Below the pieces are notes generated by a model, which did not search any database, was not told the DNA's origin, and saw nothing but the letters and a program-made list of their open reading frames with translations. Shown here one piece after another: positions 1 to 13,150 of a stretch of 64,000 nt of DNA. Position 1 is the stretch's first letter. Each line of letters opens with the position of its first letter. The translations under genes were made by a program, and so were the position numbers. Source of the stretch: Eledone cirrhosa (lineage: Eukaryota); assembly GCA_964016885.1 (NCBI GenBank), contig OZ024742.1, positions 356,314,001-356,378,000 on the forward strand. The letters are read 5' to 3'.

Positions 1-780
<780 letters not shown>

Positions 781-1222
781 AAATTAATATGTATGTGATG
801 AAACACAGATACCAACACATCTGTGTATATATTGCAAAAGAAAAATTTAGCCAGATTGAAGTATACTAATTATTATACTACAGTTTGTCCATATCGATTT
901 TAAATAATAAATCAACGAAGGCGAACTGTATTGCCAAGAGGCCGTGATGTTTAGACACATTTAAATTTGAAAATCAAACCTGTTCCGTAGATAAGTTTAA
1001 ACTTTAAGATCCAAATATGTTTCGAGTTAAATAAGTGTAGGAATATCATGTCCTGATCTCCTCAGTAAACATCCAGAGACAAATTGATATGCTTCACTTC
1101 TAAATAATTTAAAAGACTGCGTGACGCACATGGTTTTACAGTATCTAACTAGTCTCATAACCGTACTGCTAGAAATAACAGTCGTATATATGAGGCGGCT
1201 TGCAGCTCAAACTAGGAGCAGT

Positions 1223-1225
<3 letters not shown>

Positions 1226-1317
<92 letters not shown>

Positions 1318-1318
1318 G

Positions 1319-1351
<33 letters not shown>

Positions 1352-1361
1352 GTATATATAT
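1226..1361. repeat. (TA)n microsatellite
   Basis: Directly visible. Confidence 0.97.
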
Positions 1362-1486
1362 GTAGGAGGTGAGTTTTATTGTAGTACAATAAAGCAGTCA
1401 GATATCGGATAAGTAGCACTCTACAGTTTGTAGGACTGGAGTATAAATAATATATAAGATTAAAAGATGGTTAAAAGAGTTCCATG

Positions 1487-1557
1487 TATTTTATTATGCG
1501 CATTTCAAAAACAAATATCATCATGTGATGACATTTGCGTTTTCGTCAGATAAAATA
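1487..1557 (-). ncRNA. Type I hammerhead ribozyme (PLE-A, intact copy)
   Basis: Minus strand reads TATTTTAT-CTGACGA-stem II (AAACGCAAATGTCATCA/TGATGATATTTGTTTTT)-GAAA-TGCGCA-TA-ATAAAATA: perfect 8-bp stem I and palindromic minimal stem III. Confidence 0.85.
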
Positions 1558-1662
1558 GATAGACATGATATGAAGTTTAAAAAACACTTGTGAATAGTAC
1601 AGTCTAAATCAACATATGAAAAGTAGTTTTAGTTTGATGTGTGATATTGGGAACAAAATTGA

Positions 1663-1837
1663 GAAAGTTATGTTCCTTGGTATAGAAGTTACCTTTTAGG
1701 CGCTGATCATAGAAAAAAGCTATCCATCTAAGCCTTCTCATAAAGGAGTCAGTTCTTTCAATTAGAAGTGTGGAGAATTCAGATTTACCAGGTAAAGGAA
1801 TGTCTTTAGTTGAAGTGGTTATGTTGTAATAATCCAT
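1663..1837 (-). pseudogene. Inverted N-terminal fragment of the PLE-A ORF
   Basis: MDYYNITTSTKDIPLPGKSEFSTLLIERTDSFMRRLRWIAFFYDQRLKGNFYTKEHNFL; the last 17 aa match the start of the plus-strand frame (YDQRLKGNYSTKEHNFL). Confidence 0.82.
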
Positions 1838-1869
1838 GTTGTCGAAGAAAAAGTGTATATATATATATC

Positions 1870-4093
1870 TATGACCAGCGCCTAAAGGGGAACTACTCTA
1901 CCAAGGAACATAACTTTCTCGATCATTTATTTAATTCTAGAAGAAATCCTCCTTCCGACAAAAATCTAGTGCAATTCGAGGAGGAGTTAACTAACATTAT
2001 AAACAATCTTAAATTCAAGAGAAACCATTACAGAGGACAAGAGTACCTTGTAAATCTCAAGAACACGATTTTAAACCTAAATTCCTCAAAAAATGTTTTA
2101 GTCCACTCCGACAAAACAAATAATTTATATGGTATTTCTAAGGATAACTATAACAACCTTATCCTTAAGGAACTTAGGAAAAAATATCGCAAAACCAACC
2201 ATGATAATTTAGAATCCATAAACTTTGAAGCTTCTGAGATTATGTCAAAACTTGGCATCGGAAAAAAGACCGAACCATTCCTCCCAAGAACTCCGAACAT
2301 AAATCTCAAGGATCACAAAAACAACTTTCGTACTGAACTACCTGTTAGACTAATCGCCCCCTCTAAATCAGATCTGGGGGTTGTTAGCAAAGCCATCTTG
2401 GATAGAATTATCCCACAGGTTCGTTATAATTGCTCTACTTCGAACTTAAATTTATGGTTTGGTACTTCTGAAGTGATTGGCTGGTTCAACAAATTGAATA
2501 AGAAAAACAAACAAAAATTAATTCAATTTGATATTGCCAGCTACTATTCCTCTATTTCGCCCTCACTTCTCAACAATGCTCTATCTTTCGCTTACAAATA
2601 TTCAGACATCACCACAGATGAACTTCACATCATTCTCACCGCACGTAAAACCATCCTAGAGTTCAACAATGAATATTGGACCAGAGCAGATACCTCTAAC
2701 AACTTTGACATTACAATGGGTGCATCCGATTCATCCCAATTGACAGATTTAATTGGTATCTTTATTTTGAACTCTTTGAATCGGAATTTATCGTGACGAT
2801 GGACTTTTTACTATCTTAAATTGCAACATAATTAATCTTAATATTATTAAAAACAATGAATTTGATAACAACATCAAACTAGCTAACTTCTTGGATGTAT
2901 CTCTTAATCTTGACACTGGCCTATATTACCCTTACCATAAAAACAATGAGAATCTAAATTATATTAATTTTAAATCTAACCACCCCACTAATATTAAGAA
3001 TGCTATAGTTAGTAATATTTGAAAAAGAATATCCAACCTATCATCTAATAAAAACATCTTTGATGCTAACGCCAATTACTATAATAACGCGCATTCTAAA
3101 GCCGGTTATCCTGATAAAATCAAATACAGTAAAGAAACCAATCCTAGAAGATCTTACAGTAGAATAATTAATCATGATCATTCCAATACCTTTAATAAAA
3201 GACCTAGATACAAAAACATAATCTGGTATAATGCTCCTTTCTCCATCTCTATTAATAATAATATTCCTAAATTATTCTTTAGTGCCTTAAATAAATGCTT
3301 CCCTCCCTCACATATCTATAGTAAAATATTTAACAAACACACTATAACATTTTCCTATTCGACCTCCTCCAACATCTCCAACATTATCTCTAAACACAAC
3401 AATAAAATACTAAATACTAAATCTCTTCCTTCCAACACTGATTATCATAATTATAGTAATAGTACTCCCGACGTCATTGTTAACTCTAGGCTAATTTCTG
3501 CAAACCCAAATACAACGTCAAACGCAACTTCGTTAAATGTTCTTAATCCCAATCTAAATCAAGAAACTATTATTCCTATCGTAAATAACTTCTCCAATCC
3601 AATTCCTCCTATAGATAACACTAGGTCACTTCTTAATAACTCTGTTAATTTCTCTAATCGCAATTGTAATTGCCCTGTTAAAAATAAATGTCCTCTCAAC
3701 AACCATAGTCTTGAAAAAAACTTAATCTATGAATGTAAATTTATAACTGACACCAATTCCTTTACTCATTTTGGCTCCACTTCCACCTCCTTTAAAGCTC
3801 GTCTTTATAATCATCATTCGTCTTTTAAATACCAACTTAAAAGAACCAACACGGCACTCTCAGAACTCATATGGTCCTTGAAAGACAAAAATATTAACTA
3901 TAACATCTCTTGGAGGAAGGTTTGTTCTGCCTCTCCATACTTGAATGCCTCTCTATCCAAAACATGTAATCTCTGTTTATGTGAGAAACTTACCATTATA
4001 TCTAATTTAGATTCTATAATAAATAGACGCACTGACTTGTTTTCTCTCTGCTTGCATACATTCCACAGAACATTCCATAAAGTATACAGTTAA
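1870..4093 (+). pseudogene. PLE RT/GIY-YIG polyprotein, disrupted (frameshift ~2780, TGA 3020-3022)
   Basis: First frame: LKDHKNNF..PVRLIAPSKS, QFDIASYYSSI, FDITMGASDS. Shifted frame: GIYRDDGL (2783-2806), NFLDVSLNL, SNHP, IIWYNAPFS, CNCPVKNKCPL, LIYECK..HFGSTSTSFKARLYNH, CNLCLCEK..NRRTDL..CLH, stop at 4093. Confidence 0.9.
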
Positions 4094-5097
4094 TATCTAA
4101 TACTTTACCAATTTAAAATCCTTTTTCACAAAGGCACATATATATATATATATCTTTAAAAATATACCCATCTTTCTACCTTATTTCAATGTTATTTATT
4201 ATACATTATATAATACTAGTTACTCATTCTATATCATTCCTATTTATCACTTCCCTTTCTTCCTTTTTTTCCTTTTTTCTTTTAATTTCTAACCTCTAAT
4301 CTGTACCTTTTCTTCCTAGATACTTCTCAATTATTATTATTACTCACCACAATATATCCACTCTTCGTTCTTCCATCCTATCACTGGCCATAAAACTTAC
4401 TATTACCCTTTTAAATACTTTATAGAATCACCTTGAAATATCCTTCGTAAACATAAACATTTTTTTTACGTTAGATTATTCATCCTCAATTTATTATTTG
4501 TTTTTCCCTTTCATGCTCGTCTAACTTCTACATATTACACATCACAACACATAAAAACAAACTTAAACCCTAACTAATCTCCTTTATTACATTATATTAT
4601 TACCATTAGGAAATACTTCATAAACATACATATTTTGATGTTAAGGTCTTGTCCTTAAACACTATCTCCTTCTTTGCTTTCTGCGATCATTTGTAAACAA
4701 ACTATTTACATATATTACACATACATATTACATTACATAATAACAAACTTAAATACTAACTAATTCCTCTAAATTCATAATTCATCCACTCTTCTACTTC
4801 TTTTCACAATATATCCTTAATTACATTACTATTTTTATTTTTTTTAATAATACATATCAACAATTTCTTTCCATCGCACATATTATTAAACACTTCAATA
4901 TTCAAACCTTAACTTAATATTATTCTTAATACATATTAACAATTTATTTTCATCGCACATATTATTAAACCCTTCTATATACAAACCTTAATTTAACATT
5001 ATTCTTAAATTTTTCTCTTCGTTAATTTTCAAATTCTTTTAATTTATATATTATCAACCTCTCTCTGTAAAACAATATATTTTTCTCAGTTATAAAA

Positions 5098-5134
<37 letters not shown>

Positions 5135-5333
5135 CCCATCTCTCCTCCTATCTAATCCTTCCTTCCTTATTATACTCCTCCCCCTCCATTCTTTAATCTC
5201 ATCTCCTCCACTTTTTCATCCCCCCCCCTCAATTTTTTCCCAATATCACACATCAATCTAAAACTACTTTTCATATGTTGATTTAGAATTGCACTATCCA
5301 CAAGTGTTTTTTAAACTTCATATCATGTCTCCC

Positions 5334-5404
5334 TAAATAATCTGATGAAAATGCAAATGTCTTCGCATGATGATATTTGTTTTTGAAATGCGCATAATAA
5401 AATA
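5334..5404 (+). ncRNA. Type I hammerhead ribozyme (PLE-A 3' copy, stem I disrupted)
   Basis: CTGATGA 5342-5348, stem II, GAAA 5385-5388, TGCGCA-TA; the 5' strand of stem I has diverged. Confidence 0.7.
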
Positions 5405-5443
5405 CATGGAACTCTTTTAACCATCTTTTGATCTTATATATTA

Positions 5444-5445
5444 TG

Positions 5446-5476
<31 letters not shown>

Positions 5477-5485
5477 ATATATATG

Positions 5486-5530
<45 letters not shown>

Positions 5531-5573
5531 ATATATATATATATATGTGTGTGTATATATATATATATATGTG

Positions 5574-5607
<34 letters not shown>

Positions 5608-5631
5608 TATGTGTGTATATATATATATATG

Positions 5632-5670
<39 letters not shown>

Positions 5671-5711
5671 ATATATATATATGTATAAATATATATATAT
5701 ATATGTATATA

Positions 5712-5786
<75 letters not shown>

Positions 5787-5881
5787 GTAGGTCCCGGGTT
5801 GAGTCGGGGATAACCACAGTAAGTAAGGTACTCAATACATGGCAGAGTAAATATATATATATATATGTGTGTGTGTATATA

Positions 5882-5929
<48 letters not shown>

Positions 5930-5930
5930 T
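5444..5930. repeat. (TA)n/(TG)n microsatellite with a ~65-bp unique island at 5786-5851
   Basis: Directly visible. Confidence 0.95.
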
Positions 5931-6029
5931 ATTGAAATTTCCGTTGAAAACAGAAAAAGTCATAGAAGTGAAGAGTGCTCTATGTAAGTACCAGACCAAA
6001 ATTTAATGTATAAAAATCAATACAGTATA

Positions 6030-6106
6030 ATTACCTCATTACCAGAGTTTCCCGAATAAGGCGAATACGAAAGAAACGTCTTCATTCGTTCGTCGGACGA
6101 GGCAAT
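6030..6106 (-). ncRNA. Type I hammerhead ribozyme variant (PLE-B, inverted arm copy)
   Basis: Reverse complement of 9087-9164 with one base fewer in stem III. Confidence 0.7.
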
Positions 6107-7012
6107 ATAAAACAGCAATATAGAACAGCAAAAAAAAATATATAAAAAATGTTCAAGAAATATAGTTAGGTGTGTGTATTTGTATGTATATACGCTCACA
6201 GATGTACATATGTATGTATGTACAAATGTGTGCGCATAGTGAAAAAGTGTGCGTAAATATATGTGTGAAGGCAAGTATATCTGTGTATCTGTAACTACAG
6301 ACATACATGATATGAATGTCCGGTTGGCAGGTACACAGAAAAACAGGGTATTAGATACATTATAAGAATATAAAGGCACGCGTATAAACACACACACACC
6401 TGCGTACACTTATATGTGGAAGAAAAAGAGGTAAGAGAGTGTAATAGTAAAAAAGAAAGTATCATTCTCGAAATATTTATAAAAATGGAACAATAATTTA
6501 GAAAGAAAAAATTAAAGAAAAGAAGACAAACAAGGTACACGCGTACATACACACATATATCTACAAGAAACGTATATCTATAAAAAAAATATATATATAC
6601 ACGCAAAAACGTGCAGAGAAAAGCGTATTCAAGTATACACACACAGGATGCACATATATACATATATACGCCTCGCCCATGTATATCTAATCACGCGCAC
6701 GCACGCGACTGTATACACACACACACACACACACACACACATAAAAATATACATGCCTATATACACACGCATACTTACACATCCATACATTCAGTACGTA
6801 GACACACACACACACACACACACACATACATACACTCACGCATATTGACCCGTTTACATGCACACACGTAAAAATGAGAAAGTAATAAAAGAAAAAACAT
6901 AGATGTAAAAACACAGATATAAAAACACACATACATACATACACATATATATATATATATATATACACGCACGCGCGCGCACATACGGAGGCGTTCGTGT
7001 ACATATACAGAA

Positions 7013-7817
7013 GCTATTTTTAATAAGACATCCCCCTACTATAATAAAGCCCTCCAAAATGGCGGTTTTAGCGAACCGATTAAATACATACCCAACTATA
7101 CTAACTCTATTAAACATAAAAACAGGAAAAGAAAAATAATCTGGTTCATACCCCCACTACTCTCTAGCAGTTAAAACTAATGTAGGCAAAAAATTCCTAG
7201 AGCTCCTAGATAAACATTTCCCTAGAACACATAGATACTATAAGATCTTTAATAGAAACTGTGTCAAAATTAGCTACTCCTGCGGTCCCCCTATTAAATC
7301 CTATATCATCAGCAAAAAATCACCTAGAGAACATCAAAATTGCTCCTGTAGAATCAAAAGTGAATGCCCATTACAAGGTAAATGCAACACCAAAGCCATT
7401 GTATATGCGGCTAAAGTGACAACCATCAGCAACAACCATCCAGACACCAGTGAACGATATGTGGGTATGACGCAAGACAAATTAAAAACGCGTTATTACT
7501 CACATTTCGCATCCTTTCGACATCCAGAATAAAGATTTACAACAGCTCTGGCTAGCAGAATATGGGATTTGAAAGACCAAGGTATCCAATATAAATTGGA
7601 TTGGTCAATTTTGAACCAATCTAAAGAATATGCAAGAGGAACAAGAAAATGCACGCTCTGCATAAATGAAAAATATTGGATTTTGCAAAATCTTAAATCA
7701 CCAAAGACCTGCCTGAACAGAAAGACAGAAATGTTCACCAGTTCCCCACACATGAAATCACACCTGCTTTCCAGCTCATATAAACTTAACACGCTTTCAG
7801 ATAATTATCCTCCATAA
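7013..7817 (+). pseudogene. PLE RT-thumb plus GIY-YIG endonuclease fragment (frameshifted, internal stop)
   Basis: RKRKIIWF.PP, KTNVGKKFLELLDKHFP, KIFNRNCVKISYSC, CSCRIKSECPLQGKC, IVYAAKV..YVGMT, CTLCINEK..LNRKTE; same motif set as PLE-A. Confidence 0.88.
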
Positions 7818-8193
7818 ACTCTTATTATTCTCTTTAAGACTACCCTTTCTGATTTACTTTCATTTTTATTTTTATTTTTATTTTTATTTTTATTTTTATT
7901 TTTATTTTTACTTCACATACACCCCCCCCCCCTTTATTCTCCGATTCACTTCGCTAATATCTTCACTTTCCACTTTTTACTTCCTTATTTTCTTCACTAC
8001 CTGATTACACGGTTACTTGCGTTTTCCACTCCAGATATTTTCTGTTATTTCGCAGCCAATCTTATATTTTTATATTTGTACTTACTTATCCACAAGGCTG
8101 TTTTTACACCCTGTATCTATGTGTCTGAGCGTCTTAATGCGTGTATACTTTCTGTATATGTACACGAACGCCTCCGTATGGGCGCGCGTGTGC

Positions 8194-8229
<36 letters not shown>

Positions 8230-9086
8230 ATGTATGTGTGTTTTTATATCTGTGTTTTTACATCTATGTTTTTTCTTTTTTTACTTTCTCATTTTTACGT
8301 GTGTGCATGTAAACTGGTCAATATGCGTGAGTGTATGTATGTGTGTGTGTGTGTACGTACTGAATGTATGGATGTGTAAGTGTGCGTGTGTATATAGGCA
8401 TGTATATTTGTATGTGTGTGTGTGTGTGTGTGTGTATACAGACGCGTGCGTGCTCGTGATTAGATATACATGGAGCGAGGCGTATATATGTATATATGTG
8501 CATCCTGTGTGTGTATACTTGAATACGCTTTTGTCTGCACGTTTGTGCGTGTATATATATATATATATTTATAGATATACGTTTCTTGTAGATATATGTG
8601 TGTATGTACGCGTGTACCTTGTTTGTCTTCTTTTCTTTAATTTTTTCTTTCTAAATTGTTGTTCCATTTTCATAAATATATCGAGAATGATACTTTCTTT
8701 TTACTATTACACTCCCTTACCTCTTTTTCTTCCACATATAAGTGTACGCGCGTGCCTTTATATTCTTATAATGTATCTAATACCCTGTTTTTCTGTGTAC
8801 CTGCCAACCGGACATTCATATCATGTATGTCTGTAGTTACAGATACACAGATATACTTGCCTTCACACATATATTTACGCACACTTTTTCACTATGCGCA
8901 CACATTTGTACATACATACATATGTACATCTGTGAGCGTATATACATACATATACACACACCTAACTATATTTCTTGAAAACTTTTTATATATTTGATAT
9001 GTCTATTGTAATACCTTTATCTATATTTATATAATTTTTTTTTGCTTTTATTGACGAGACTCTCCAAGTATTTAGCCATGTTTTAT

Positions 9087-9164
9087 ATTGCCTCGTCCGA
9101 CGAACGAATGAAGACGTTTCTTTCGTATTCGTCTTATTCGGGAAACCTCTGGTAATGAGGTAAT
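9087..9164 (+). ncRNA. Type I hammerhead ribozyme variant (PLE-B)
   Basis: ATTGCCTCGT-CCGACGA-stem II (CGAATGAAGACG/CGTCTTATTCG)-GAAA-CCTCTGG-TA-ATGAGGTAAT; 10-bp stem I with G-U pairs; U4C in the core. Confidence 0.75.
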
Positions 9165-9188
9165 TATACTGTATTGATTTTTATACAT

Positions 9189-9190
<2 letters not shown>

Positions 9191-9285
<95 letters not shown>

Positions 9286-9318
9286 ATATATATGTATATA
9301 TATATATATGTGAATATG

Positions 9319-9349
<31 letters not shown>

Positions 9350-9378
9350 GTATATATATTTATATGTATATATATATG

Positions 9379-9422
<44 letters not shown>

Positions 9423-9504
9423 CGTGTGTATATATATATGTGTATATATATATATGTATATATATATATGTATGTATATATATATATATATGTATATATA
9501 TATG

Positions 9505-9535
<31 letters not shown>

Positions 9536-9548
9536 GTATATATATAGG

Positions 9549-9579
<31 letters not shown>

Positions 9580-9590
9580 GTATATATATG

Positions 9591-9674
<84 letters not shown>

Positions 9675-9682
9675 GGTATATA

Positions 9683-9727
<45 letters not shown>

Positions 9728-9750
9728 GTATATATATATATATATATGTG

Positions 9751-9824
<74 letters not shown>

Positions 9825-9915
9825 CGATATTAACAAATGGAAACTATATTTATAAAACCATATCTATTTTATTATACATATTTCAAGGATACCTACATTG
9901 ACATATATATACATT

Positions 9916-9976
<61 letters not shown>
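9191..9976. repeat. (TA)n microsatellite with a short AT-rich island at ~9825-9920
   Basis: Directly visible. Confidence 0.95.
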
Positions 9977-9980
<4 letters not shown>

Positions 9981-11023
9981 CTTTTCGCTTTTCACACTGA
10001 ATGTGCCCAGGCGCTCACCGCCCTCTGGCAGGCGGATCCGGTTATCAGTGGAGACTCTACCGCAACATTCTATAGAGGGCTGGTACGCAGCAGGTGCGAC
10101 GACGCCCTCGGAGAAGCCCTAGACATGGAGGAGGACGAACTGGCCGGCCTGTTCGGTAGGACATTCAGCCCGGGACCTATGGACAACTTCCAGAAGTCCC
10201 TGGCCTGGCAGTGCTACCGAGGAGCTTTACCCGTTCGAGAAAGGCTCTACAGACACGGGCGCCCGGGTAGGGACCCCGCCAAAAAGATCTGTCCCAGATG
10301 CGTGTGCGACGAGGAAACCGTTGCACACGCATTGGTACACTGCTCTGGCGTAGCCGATCTGTGGGGCTATGTCGAACAACTGCTGTCAAGGGACGGACCG
10401 ATCCGGTTGACCACCGAGTCTATTGTAATGATCAAGCCGCCTCCCCCTTCAAAGATGAAGCAGAGGCGGTGTTTCTGTGCGTAATAGCCATGGCGAAAGA
10501 GGTTGTATGGTGGACGCGTCTGAAAGGACTGAGGTCAGGCACCTTTCTCTCTGGCCAACAACTGGTCCGTTTCTTCCGATATCATTTCGGAAGAAGGATC
10601 AGGATGGAGAGAGAGGTGCTGCACCCCAGCCGTTTTTATGAAAGGTGGGTGAAAGTGGCGAGAATGGCCCGTGTGAATGGGCCTTCTCTTTACATAAGCC
10701 TGTAGGTGGAAAAGAGGAAGGAACGAGGGAGCACCCCCTCTCTGTGCTCCTGAGGAAAAGGGTTGCACACTTTTTTCGGGGGTGTGTGCGACCCCCCAAG
10801 GCGCCAACTCTCTATTGAGGATTTTGTTATAAATTTTATTTTTTGTTATATTTTATAACAAAATCCTCTATTGAGGATTTTGTTATAATTCTATTTTTTG
10901 TTATATTTTATTTTATTTTTATATATTATTATTGCCTCCTCCCTATTGAGGACGCCTTGTTTTGTAAACTCCCCCCATTGTACTTGTCCCACTTTTGATG
11001 CCCTTGTGGCAAAAAAAAGAAAC
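9977..11023 (+). mobile_element. 5'-truncated L1/Tx1-clade LINE (ORF2 C-terminus with zf-RVT, 3' UTR)
   Basis: KSLAWQCYRGALPVRERL..CPRCVCDEETVAHALVHC..W (CCHC finger); frameshift ~10445; stop at 10705; ends A-rich into (TA)n. Confidence 0.82.
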
Positions 11024-11034
11024 ATATATATATG

Positions 11035-11123
<89 letters not shown>

Positions 11124-11196
11124 GTATATATATATATGTATATATATATTTATATATATATGTATATATATATATATGTATGTATATATATATATG

Positions 11197-11227
<31 letters not shown>

Positions 11228-11373
11228 GTTTCTTTTATTTGCCACAAGGGCATCAAAAGTGGGACAAGTACAATGGGGGGAGTTTACAAAACAAGGCGTC
11301 CTCAATAGGGAGGAGGCAATAACAATATATAAAAATAAAATAAAATATAACAAAAAATAGAATTATAACAAAA
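11228..11373 (-). mobile_element. Inverted copy of the 3'-terminal ~146 bp of the Tx1-like LINE
   Basis: Reverse complement of 10878-11023 with ~2 mismatches, separated from it by (TA)n. Confidence 0.85.
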
Positions 11374-11618
11374 ATTAATACTACTGCACCAAATGACCAG
11401 CCCTGTCCACTGTCCAGTTGGTCAAGTAGAGATTAAAATTGGCACTCCCAAAATTCTTATTTAGATTTACTCATGGTATTCTCATTAAAAACCCATTATA
11501 TACTTGTCTAGCAGTAAATTATTTTACCATCTGTCATATACTATCCCCTCTGTTCCTTCCTCTTTTACTAATATAAATACTTCAATTTTTCTGATTTTAT
11601 CCAGTTTATCCAAAATCT

Positions 11619-11735
11619 CTGAAGAAGTGACAACTGATTATACATTTGCTATCGAATACTTGATAACATTATATGATTACGCAAGCAGCGATACATAGGT
11701 ATTCGGTCTGTTACAGAAACATATGTCAATACCTA
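11619..11735 (+). ncRNA. Putative degenerate hammerhead motif in an orphan PLE-like terminal fragment (11374-11890)
   Basis: CTGAAGA 11619-11625; GTGACA/TGTTAC stem II base; GAAA-CATATG-TC 11716-11727; AATAAA just downstream; canonical stem I does not pair. Confidence 0.45.
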
Positions 11736-11891
11736 ATAAATTCCTTTTTTAACAAAAGCACTTTCATTTTATATTCATCCTTTCTACATTTCTCCGGAAT
11801 ATAATTTATACTCGTTGAGCAAACCTGCACGTACGCTGTTCATCTCTAACGTAACGATATATTATCACTACATTATTGATAACCTGAAATT

Positions 11892-12201
11892 TTATATGTA
11901 TATATATGTATATATATATATGTATATATATGTATATATATATATATATATATGTGTGTGTATATATGTGTATATGTAATATATATAGGTATATATATAT
12001 ATATATATGGTTTTGTATATATATGTATATGTGTGTATATATATGTGTATATATATATGTTTGTATATATATGTATATGTGTATATATATATATGCGTGT
12101 ATACGTATATATATATATGTGTGTGTTTGTATATATATATGTTTGTATATATATGTATATGTGTGTATATATATATATGTGTATATATATGTGTGTATAT
12201 G

Positions 12202-12232
<31 letters not shown>

Positions 12233-12334
12233 GTGTGTATATATATGTATATATATGTGTCTGTGTATATATATGTGTATATATATATATCTGTGTATAT
12301 GTTATATATATATATGTATATATATATGTGTATA

Positions 12335-12381
<47 letters not shown>

Positions 12382-12513
12382 ATATATATGTGTATATATA
12401 TATATGAGTATATGTTATATATATATATATGTGTATATATATATGTGTATATGTTATATGTATATATATATATGTATATATATATGTTTGTATATATGTA
12501 TATATATATATAC

Positions 12514-12561
<48 letters not shown>
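11892..12561. repeat. (TA)n/(TG)n compound microsatellite
   Basis: Directly visible. Confidence 0.95.
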
Positions 12562-12563
<2 letters not shown>

Positions 12564-12829
12564 CGGCGATGAATTAGTTTTGCGAGGTTTTTTATATGAA
12601 ATCGTGTTTCGAAACAGATATTGTTATATTTGGGGAGGGTCATATTTGCGTAATATTGCCAGAATTAATAACAGAACACACTCACTGTTTGGTTGGTTTT
12701 CGCTTCTCGCTGTCTTTTATATATATATATCTGCGATCTAACTTACTCGGTCCTCAATGTTGCCATTGACTGACCGGCGGTCAAAAATAATACAGATACA
12801 ATATAGACAAACACATATATATATAGTTT

Positions 12830-12886
12830 ACATAATTTACATAAATCTTTCGTTGCACATCTGCAACATCGTCAGTGGTGTTATAT
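12830..12886 (-). ncRNA. Putative minimal hammerhead ribozyme (PLE-C mirror copy)
   Basis: Reverse complement of 15630-15686. Confidence 0.6.
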
Positions 12887-13150
12887 TAATTGTTCCTCCT
12901 GTTGTGTTGTATGTCTACGCCATTTTTTTTTGTGTTCAGTCTGTCTATATATTTATTTATTTATTTGCTTGTTTGTTTATCTTATTTTATTTTGTCTTCT
13001 TTGCGCATGCGTTTGCGTGTGTGTATAGTGTTATGTGTGATGTGTGACTAGTGTGTATAGTGTTGTGTCTGCTGGGTGACTAGTGTGTGTTTATGTGCTT
13101 GTGTATGTATTTATTTATCTTATTTTATTTTATTTAATTTACTTATTTAT

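Larger units (their letters stand above)
1362..5443 (+). mobile_element. Penelope-like retroelement A (probably Naiad-type) with inverted 5' segment, in (TA)n
   Basis: RT and GIY-YIG coding remnants at 1870-4093 and a long AT-rich 3' UTR. 1450-1662 is the reverse complement of ~5229-5443. Both ends abut (TA)n. Clade assignment is from remembered motif style. Confidence 0.88.
6004..9190 (+). mobile_element. 5'-truncated Penelope-like element B with ~1-kb inverted terminal arms (6004-7012 / 8150-9190)
   Basis: Arms are reverse complements with scattered differences and indels; the centre encodes the PLE C-terminus. Confidence 0.88.

Noticed and set aside
1010-1075. Minus-strand CTGAGGA..GAAACATAT hammerhead-like motif
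   Set aside because: Stem II has only 2 bp at its base, and stems I and III do not form convincingly.
3020-3022. In-frame TGA in PLE-A as selenocysteine (some Naiad PLEs are selenoproteins)
   Set aside because: Context SNI*KRIS does not look like a Cys position, the copy is also frameshifted, and I saw no SECIS; a nonsense mutation is more likely.
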